From positions 124,001 through 188,000 of the forward strand of contig NMRA01000299.1 of NCBI GenBank assembly GCA_002633005.1: DNA of 64,000 bases, given 5' to 3'. The notes beneath the pieces are model-generated. The model searched no databases, was not told the origin of the DNA, and saw only the letters and a list, made by a program, of their open reading frames with translations. Of the stretch, positions 60,001-64,000 are shown piece by piece. Both the position numbers and the translations under genes were made by a program. Every line of letters starts with the position of its first letter. Position 1 is the first letter of the stretch. Origin of the DNA: Phoronis australis. Its lineage: Eukaryota; Animalia; Phoronida.

Positions 60001-63000
60001 TAAAAGACCCCTTTTCCAAATAAACGCCTGGATTTTTATTTGATGTTGCTAAAACGCCTGAAAATTTTCATTTTCCGAATACATGCCCATGGGCTTATCT
60101 ACAGAAGTTCCCAGTAGTCAGACATGATCTGGTAAGAAGGAATAATTACCCTCACTATGTGACTTAATGAATAGAGTTACTCTATTGATTATTAGCCCAC
60201 TAGTGGGACTGGAATGTGGATAGAACCAGTCAGGGAGACCACTTGACATCCAAATCAATCCTTATCTTATTTCATTACGGCGTTCTCCGGTTCAGTGACT
60301 TTACCAGAGGAAGAGGGTTGTGAGTGTGTGATAACATCTATTTAGCTTCTTTGTTAACTGCCAAGCACAGTCTTTTGTCTGGTATGACAACACAGATAGG
60401 CCAATTATCTAACAGGCTGATTACTGACCACATGTGTACACAGTCAAACCCAGAGCGAATTGGTACGTTCGGAAAGAATAGATTGACGTAACTTGGGTAG
60501 TAGTTGGGCGATTTTGGCGATTCAAGAACTAAACATGATCAGCATTTGACGAGGAATTCAGAAATGCTATTGCTTTATGTTCAAATGTGTTATAACTCAA
60601 CTTTATTTTTAACAGCACAGCCCATTCAGGCAAGATACGATCTTATTGGATATAAGAGCAATATCGAACAAAAGAGAGCTGGCCCTCCAACCATAAATGC
60701 CAGAATGAAGTTTATCAGTTGTGTAAGATATTGGCTACAGGGGTCATCTTCCCAACTTGTTGGGCTATAGAATAGAACAAGTAGGGATCAATGGGGAAAA
60801 CGCCATAATGTGAAGGGAATGTTTACAGCATGAGCAACATGAGCAACATAATCCAACCTACAAATCCTCAACAAATACAAACAAATGGTAAGTGCCCTAA
60901 CTACATAATCCATGTCTCTATTTGGGACTGTTTCATGCAACACAGAAAACAACTAAACAAGTACAGTATTAAGCAAACTGTCACCAACCTCCTCCTGGGC
61001 ACTGAAACGTTTCTGGATCATTTGCATCATTTCTTCTAGTTTTACGTCATACAAGTCAGTACTGGACATGTCGACGTAGACGTCATCTGATGTCAAAAAT
61101 CCAGCAGAAGCTTCTTGCCAGCCAGACTCAATGACAACAAGCAGCACCTCCTTGTGGTGAGACTCGCGAACACGGTATAACGTGTCAGTGTAGAATTTGT
61201 CTTGGACAAACTTCTTTGAGATCAACACCATCACAGCCTACAAACCAATGGCATAATAAGACAAGATGAAGATATCATTTTATACTTTGCAAAAGACTGT
61301 TTATATATTTATTACCTTTCTCCACAAATATACATGCACATTATTTGGCACCAAAAATACACTGTGATACACTCAAGAATTCATCCAAACAACTCTTACT
61401 TTATAGTAAGTAATAAAAAGCAATCCCACCATGTACCTCTGTGAAAAATTTTATCAAAAAATAGACAGATGACTGTGTCTCATGTCAAGTAAGATAAAAC
61501 AACCAAAAGGGGTTGCCACAGTAGTCAAATGTGTCTGGAAATTAAGTGGCGCTAACACATTCCCGCCTCATACCTCAGCGGAAAGTTTTGACGAAATTCA
61601 TCATCACTTCAACAAAAATGGAAAAATTAACAAGGGTGCCACATCAAATCCGTCCTAAAGTTAGTGGTGTACATGCCCTGCATGATGTTTCAGCAAAATT
61701 CACATTATTTAGCTCAAAATTGATGGATAACAATTTTCTTGTCGAAAATAAAGCAACCAACAAAGGTGCCAATGGCAGTTAAATGCATTTCCAAAATCGT
61801 GCAGGCGCACTCCCACCGACCTCAGTTTCGTGTTTTGATAGAATTTGTCAGTCAATCGAGCATTTTTCTCCCACAGTCCAAAAAACTGGCATTGCCTTCA
61901 GTATTGGTCCATATTTCTATAATATTTTACCTACATTAGAGTCAATGTCAGAGAAGTGAAGGGCAACCAAAAATATTTTCAAGATGGCTTTAGCAAAGTA
62001 TTTAAAAGCACATGATTGACAGCGAGGCTAAGGTATCCACAAGGAATTACATTACATACCCTTGCATCTTTGATGGCCAATGTGAGAGCAACGTCAGGAA
62101 CCTCCTTAATGTTGTCTGACCACCATCTAAACAGAACAACAGTTGATGCAAAATGACCATGAGACCCTGCACTACTGTAGCATATCAACTTGCAAGCGAT
62201 AAGATTGGATCATTAAAGGCAAAAAAATTCAAAGGATCGTCTTCTGTCAAAGAAATTTTAGTGCTAAATTAACTCAGTGAAATAAGAAATTCCACAGTGT
62301 TACTACTCCACAGGGTGTGTTGTCAACAGCCATCAAAGGCGACTGAATGATCTCTCCATCATTACACACATTAAACATTAATTTTCAGGGATTCAAAAGG
62401 GCATTGTTGACTTGAAATGAAAACACATTGACCAGAGAACACAATAGTATAAATTTCATCAAACCTCATTTTCAGATTCTATGATTTATGCACTGATCTA
62501 CAAAACGCTGTTGTGTTATTTTTTAAAATGATCCACTTTTGCAAGAAGGGCTATGAAAAAAATAAGAACTTTATGATTTTATACAAAAACCTCCTAAGCT
62601 GCATAAAAATAAAAGAGGATTTAATAGAAAAATTAATAAATCCATTACTGGACTTACGGTTACATAGAGATGGCTACGTTACATCCTCCTCTCCAGGACT
62701 TCATCAGGCCACTGAGTTGTCACGTGACTGGTCATGTGATCTGTCGTACAGTTTTTGCAGGATAGGGCGTTGAAGAGGATCCCGCAAAAACTGTGCGGCA
62801 GATCACATGACAAGTCACGTGACAACTCAGTGGCCTGATGAAGTCCTCGAGAGGAGGACGTACCGTAGCCATCTCTATGTAACCGTAAGTGTGAGATTTC
62901 TTAATTTTTCTACCTTATTACTCAACTGGATGACTGAAAACATTCATCGTAAACTCATAAGTGTTTACAACATTTAATCTTGAACAATTAAATTTGATGA

Positions 63001-64000
63001 TGCCATTCATGCCAAGTGTTTTGATAACGATGTACCTTAGTTTCTGGTTTACTCAATTTCCTAAAAAGCCATGGTGACTTGACTCAATCAATGACAGATC
63101 AAAATCAAATTCCACAAAATGAAGTTCTTCTTTCAGAAAATATAGAATTTTAACAAATAAATTTTATAGTTTTGTAGATAATTGGCTGATAAAGCCCTAT
63201 GTATCCTTAAATCTCATAAAATGGTCTATTCAAATACTAAAGTTTGAACACAATTTGACAAAAAGTGCCAACTTTTACCCATTTTTGAAAATAAGCCATA
63301 TATCTCAAAAACCCTGTAAAAATTTTGTCACTCTTTGTTGAGTAGTCAAGAGTGTTCCTCTGAGAATTCAAAAGCAATGCATTTTGGAGGAACTCGAATG
63401 AAAAAATAAATAATATGGCTGCCATAGACACCATCTTGAAAGTAAAGTTGAGCTGAAATGCAACAAATTTGAGTACCTAACAAGAAAAAAAAATTCATGG
63501 AAGAAATTAAAGCCACAATAATCTGTGCCTTTAGTCAAAAACTAGTTTTGTTTTACCCCACACCATTATTCACAGATTGGACCCGATTTCAAGGCTTGAG
63601 AAGAAATGACAGACAATCACTGCTACAGACTGAGCGTAATCGTTCCTCGTCATAATGGGATAGTCTCGACTACTAAAGCAGTGTGGTACTCACATGAATT
63701 CCAAAAGTTTCATTGCAACATAGTTCAAACAAAGTAAAAGAATTGAACAGCATTGTTTTGGAATGTCATAATTATACACTTGTGAATGTTGTATCTGATA
63801 TCACAATACGGTGGCATAAAGATCAAACTGAGTACCTCGACAAAATGGCGTAAATATCCACTAACTTGATACAGAGGTTGATGGTAACATGCGCAAATCT
63901 ATTTTGCCTGGATTAAGCTAGCCTGGTACTTACACCTTATGACCCAATTCCTCCAAGTCGGTCTTTAATCTTCGAGGATCGATGTGCGTGATAAGTTCTC
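41866..64000 (-). CDS. 5'-partial gene: tandem TIR-TIR protein with Roco-like C-terminal region and CaaX box; complement(join(41866..42080,42614..42777,48297..48406,52162..52350,53712..53789,54625..54777,57711..57863,58547..58657,59002..59250,60989..61237,62060..62126,63934..>64000))
   Basis: All exons have GT..AG boundaries and join into one open frame. TIR1: IDPRRLKTDLEELGHKVWW...AVMVLISKKFVQD. TIR2: CFISYCWSN...DPRDLKKLIEDAGVPCWMDIERVG..GGLFEDIAKGLRKAKVVIACVSDQYAESKNCQMEF. Then FCIRELCEHEDGWH...RCHLRSGNIVWLCKEH, ending SKACVIQ*. Small additional exons cannot be excluded. Confidence 0.88.
42614..42777 (-). CDS. TIR gene exon (RCHLRSGNIVWLCKEH...)
   Basis: tttcAG acceptor, GTAACT donor, WLCxxH motif. 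Confidence 0.87.
43072..43505 (+). repeat. Interspersed repeat family A copy
   Basis: Colinear with 60315-60810 and 3415-4590. Confidence 0.85.
43837..44097. mobile_element. MITE, CATG(T/C)GCGCACCC TIR, 5-bp TSD CTTGT
   Basis: TSD at 43832-43836 and 44098-44102. Confidence 0.85.
44700..45302. mobile_element. Partial inverted copy of the 49523-51035 element
   Basis: Ends in ttattagggcgaatacag|TA; shares cacttcctggccacgtgcttttaacac and the VGHVP..GLEIP remnant. Confidence 0.75.
45996..46265. mobile_element. MITE of the same family as 43837-44097 (inverted), 5-bp TSD TGCAT
   Basis: TSD at 45991-45995 and 46266-46270. Confidence 0.85.
48297..48406 (-). CDS. TIR gene exon (VATVDKDFKTDYMHLRRKIMDF...GLLD)
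   Basis: AG acceptor, GTAAGT donor, phase 2 matches the next exon. Confidence 0.82.
49523..51035. mobile_element. Non-autonomous Tc1/mariner/pogo-type element, TA TSD
   Basis: TA|CTGTATTCGCCCTAATAACCGCCC ... GGGCGGTTATTAGAGCGAATACGG|TA, with TAAGCGCCC subterminal repeats. Confidence 0.82.
51655..52090 (+). repeat. Interspersed repeat, second copy at 59425-60275 (interrupted by a MITE)
   Basis: tatccacattctt..aggcacagcttctat...taattaccctcactatgt...gactggaatgtggat shared. Confidence 0.8.
52162..52350 (-). CDS. TIR gene exon (GWHISG...YSQLEK)
   Basis: ttgcAG acceptor, GTGAAA donor. Confidence 0.85.
53712..53789 (-). CDS. TIR gene exon (DARTADATEQDQKGIFCIRELCEHED)
   Basis: AG/GT sites; LCEH joins GWH of the next exon. 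Confidence 0.85.
54625..54777 (-). CDS. TIR gene exon (ELIELAQRNFLRQ...YPRLFVLDF...)
   Basis: Phase-0 exon, AG/GT sites; PRLF motif typical of the Roco-type C-terminal region. Confidence 0.85.
55747..57599. mobile_element. Non-autonomous TA-flanked TIR element (Tc1/mariner superfamily)
   Basis: TA|CGGTAAAAATTCCCGAATTTAGGACAG ... CTGTCCTTAATTCAGGAATTTTTACCG|TA, with ATTTCGGAC subterminal repeats. Confidence 0.8.
57711..57863 (-). CDS. TIR gene exon (VGMLSTDLPRV...KEFALN)
   Basis: Phase-0 exon with GTAAGG donor. Confidence 0.85.
58547..58657 (-). CDS. TIR gene exon (YAESKNCQMEFRFAVKVLKLPVILAVVGKGVKWVTTE)
   Basis: TIR alphaC motif SxNCxxE; AG/GT sites. Confidence 0.92.
59002..59250 (-). CDS. 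TIR gene exon (first half of TIR2)
   Basis: FISY, CWMDI and VVIACVS TIR_2 motifs; AG/GT sites. Confidence 0.92.
59675..60114. mobile_element. MITE with TA TSD
   Basis: TA|CTGGGGTTTTCTGTAGATAAGCCCA ... TGGGCTTATCTACAGAAGTTCCCAG|TA; absent from the 51655 copy of the host repeat. Confidence 0.85.
60315..60810 (+). repeat. Interspersed repeat family A, uninterrupted copy
   Basis: Provides the empty site for the 3652-4416 insertion. Confidence 0.85.
60989..61237 (-). CDS. TIR gene exon (second half of TIR1)
   Basis: AVMVLISKKFVQD...VLLVVIESGW...VYVDMS; AG/GT sites. Confidence 0.88.
62060..62126 (-). CDS. TIR gene exon (WWSDNIKEVPDVALTLAIKDAR)
   Basis: tttAG acceptor, GTATGT donor, in phase. 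Confidence 0.82.
62652..62950. mobile_element. Penelope-like terminal-repeat remnant arranged as a palindrome of about 240 bp with hammerhead-like motifs
   Basis: Arms 62652-62763 and 62777-62890 are near-perfect reverse complements. Each holds TGGC-CTGATGA-stem-GTA(A/C)-CG-TA-GCCA; a tail ggatgactgaaaacattcatc follows. Confidence 0.65.
63934..64000 (-). CDS. TIR gene exon, partial (ELITHIDPRRLKTDLEELGHK)
   Basis: GTAAGT donor at 63933; phase 2 joins the next exon to give KVWWSD. Confidence 0.8.

Noticed and set aside
59002-61237. Equal exon lengths (249/249 and 153/153 nt) as evidence of exon duplication
   Set aside because: The equal-length exons encode non-equivalent parts of the protein; coincidence.

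Overview
AT-rich, repeat-dense eukaryotic genomic DNA, most likely a non-vertebrate animal (inferred from spliceosomal introns and the transposon repertoire). Two spliced host genes can be rebuilt by hand and face each other. One is a complete 5-exon protein phosphatase inhibitor-2 gene (PPP1R2/IPP-2, + strand, 7991-24820, 172 aa). The other is the 3' part (11 exons, - strand, 41866 to beyond 64000) of a gene encoding two tandem TIR domains, a Roco-type C-terminal 'CEH..GWH...WLCxxH' region and a CaaX box. The rest is mostly decayed mobile DNA: Gypsy RT/RNaseH and integrase fragments, solo-LTR-like repeats, a CR1/L2-type LINE, a Kolobok-like THAP element, hAT-like and Tc1/mariner-like non-autonomous elements, and many MITEs. 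The most notable observations are a pogo-type transposase fused in frame to an OTU deubiquitinase-like domain plus a PHD finger, a 240-bp palindrome carrying a minimal hammerhead-like motif on each strand, and TIR elements with unusual 5-, 6- and 9-bp target-site duplications. Two near-identical tandem duplications joined at single Ns look like assembly artefacts. All calls are by-eye motif recognition; no searches were run.
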